Virus record (IMG/VR): IMGVR_UViG_3300046786_000748
Location: 32,001 to 96,000 of that record
Strand: one strand, 5' to 3'
DNA: 64,000 bases
Source: a virus
The notes below the pieces were generated by a model that saw only the letters and a list, made by a program, of their open reading frames with translations, was not told where the DNA came from and did not search any database. A program made the position numbers and the translations under genes. Positions 64,000 through 64,000 of this stretch are shown piece by piece. Every line of letters begins with the position of its first letter. Positions within the stretch are counted from its first letter, which is position 1.

Positions 64000-64000
64000 A

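Noticed and set aside
1-64000. Stop-codon reassignment (seen in some large phages); none of the called genes ends in TAG
   Set aside because: Genes are full length under the standard code with no in-frame TAG or TGA interruptions; TAG avoidance alone is expected in an AT-rich genome.
1-64000. tRNA, rRNA or group I/II intron
   Set aside because: Intergenic gaps are short and accounted for by promoters and terminators; no cloverleaf or intron core was recognised by eye, although a covariance-model search was not run.

Overview
A 64-kb, AT-rich, densely coding segment of a large T4-like (myovirus-type) bacteriophage, covering most of the virion-morphogenesis region. The minus strand carries, from right to left: a Ser-rich tail fibre with a C-terminal Hint domain, a gp55-like sigma factor, baseplate genes (spike, gp25, gp6, and a 1917-aa wedge-like protein with an inserted metallophosphoesterase), a GIY-YIG nuclease, primase, a single-ORF Mre11-Rad50, terminase, an intein-containing portal, prohead protease, scaffold and major capsid protein. 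A plus-strand block (1-13.3 kb) encodes fibre/adhesin proteins. An island driven by sigma70-type promoters (nucleotidyltransferase, orphan Xre/MbcA/ParS-type antitoxin, NADAR, FkbM methyltransferase, dCMP deaminase, DNA glycosylase) sits between the protease and scaffold genes. No tRNA, rRNA or CRISPR array was seen. Main observations: (1) unrelated proteins share an N-terminal M-I-K-L-K-x-L-L-x-E leader and internal hydrophobic-x-E sites, suggesting a capsid-loading, protease-release cargo system that includes a six-peptide array; (2) one of these proteins ends in YDPVNFTPR, identical to a major-capsid-protein segment although 7 of 9 codons differ synonymously, so it is a candidate capsid mimic; (3) a sense-strand TATTTATA motif precedes late genes; (4) a purple-acid-phosphatase-like domain lies inside a baseplate protein; (5) a [ST]-x-S motif is pervasive in surface proteins. 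All protein-family calls come from motif recognition by eye; no database searches were run.
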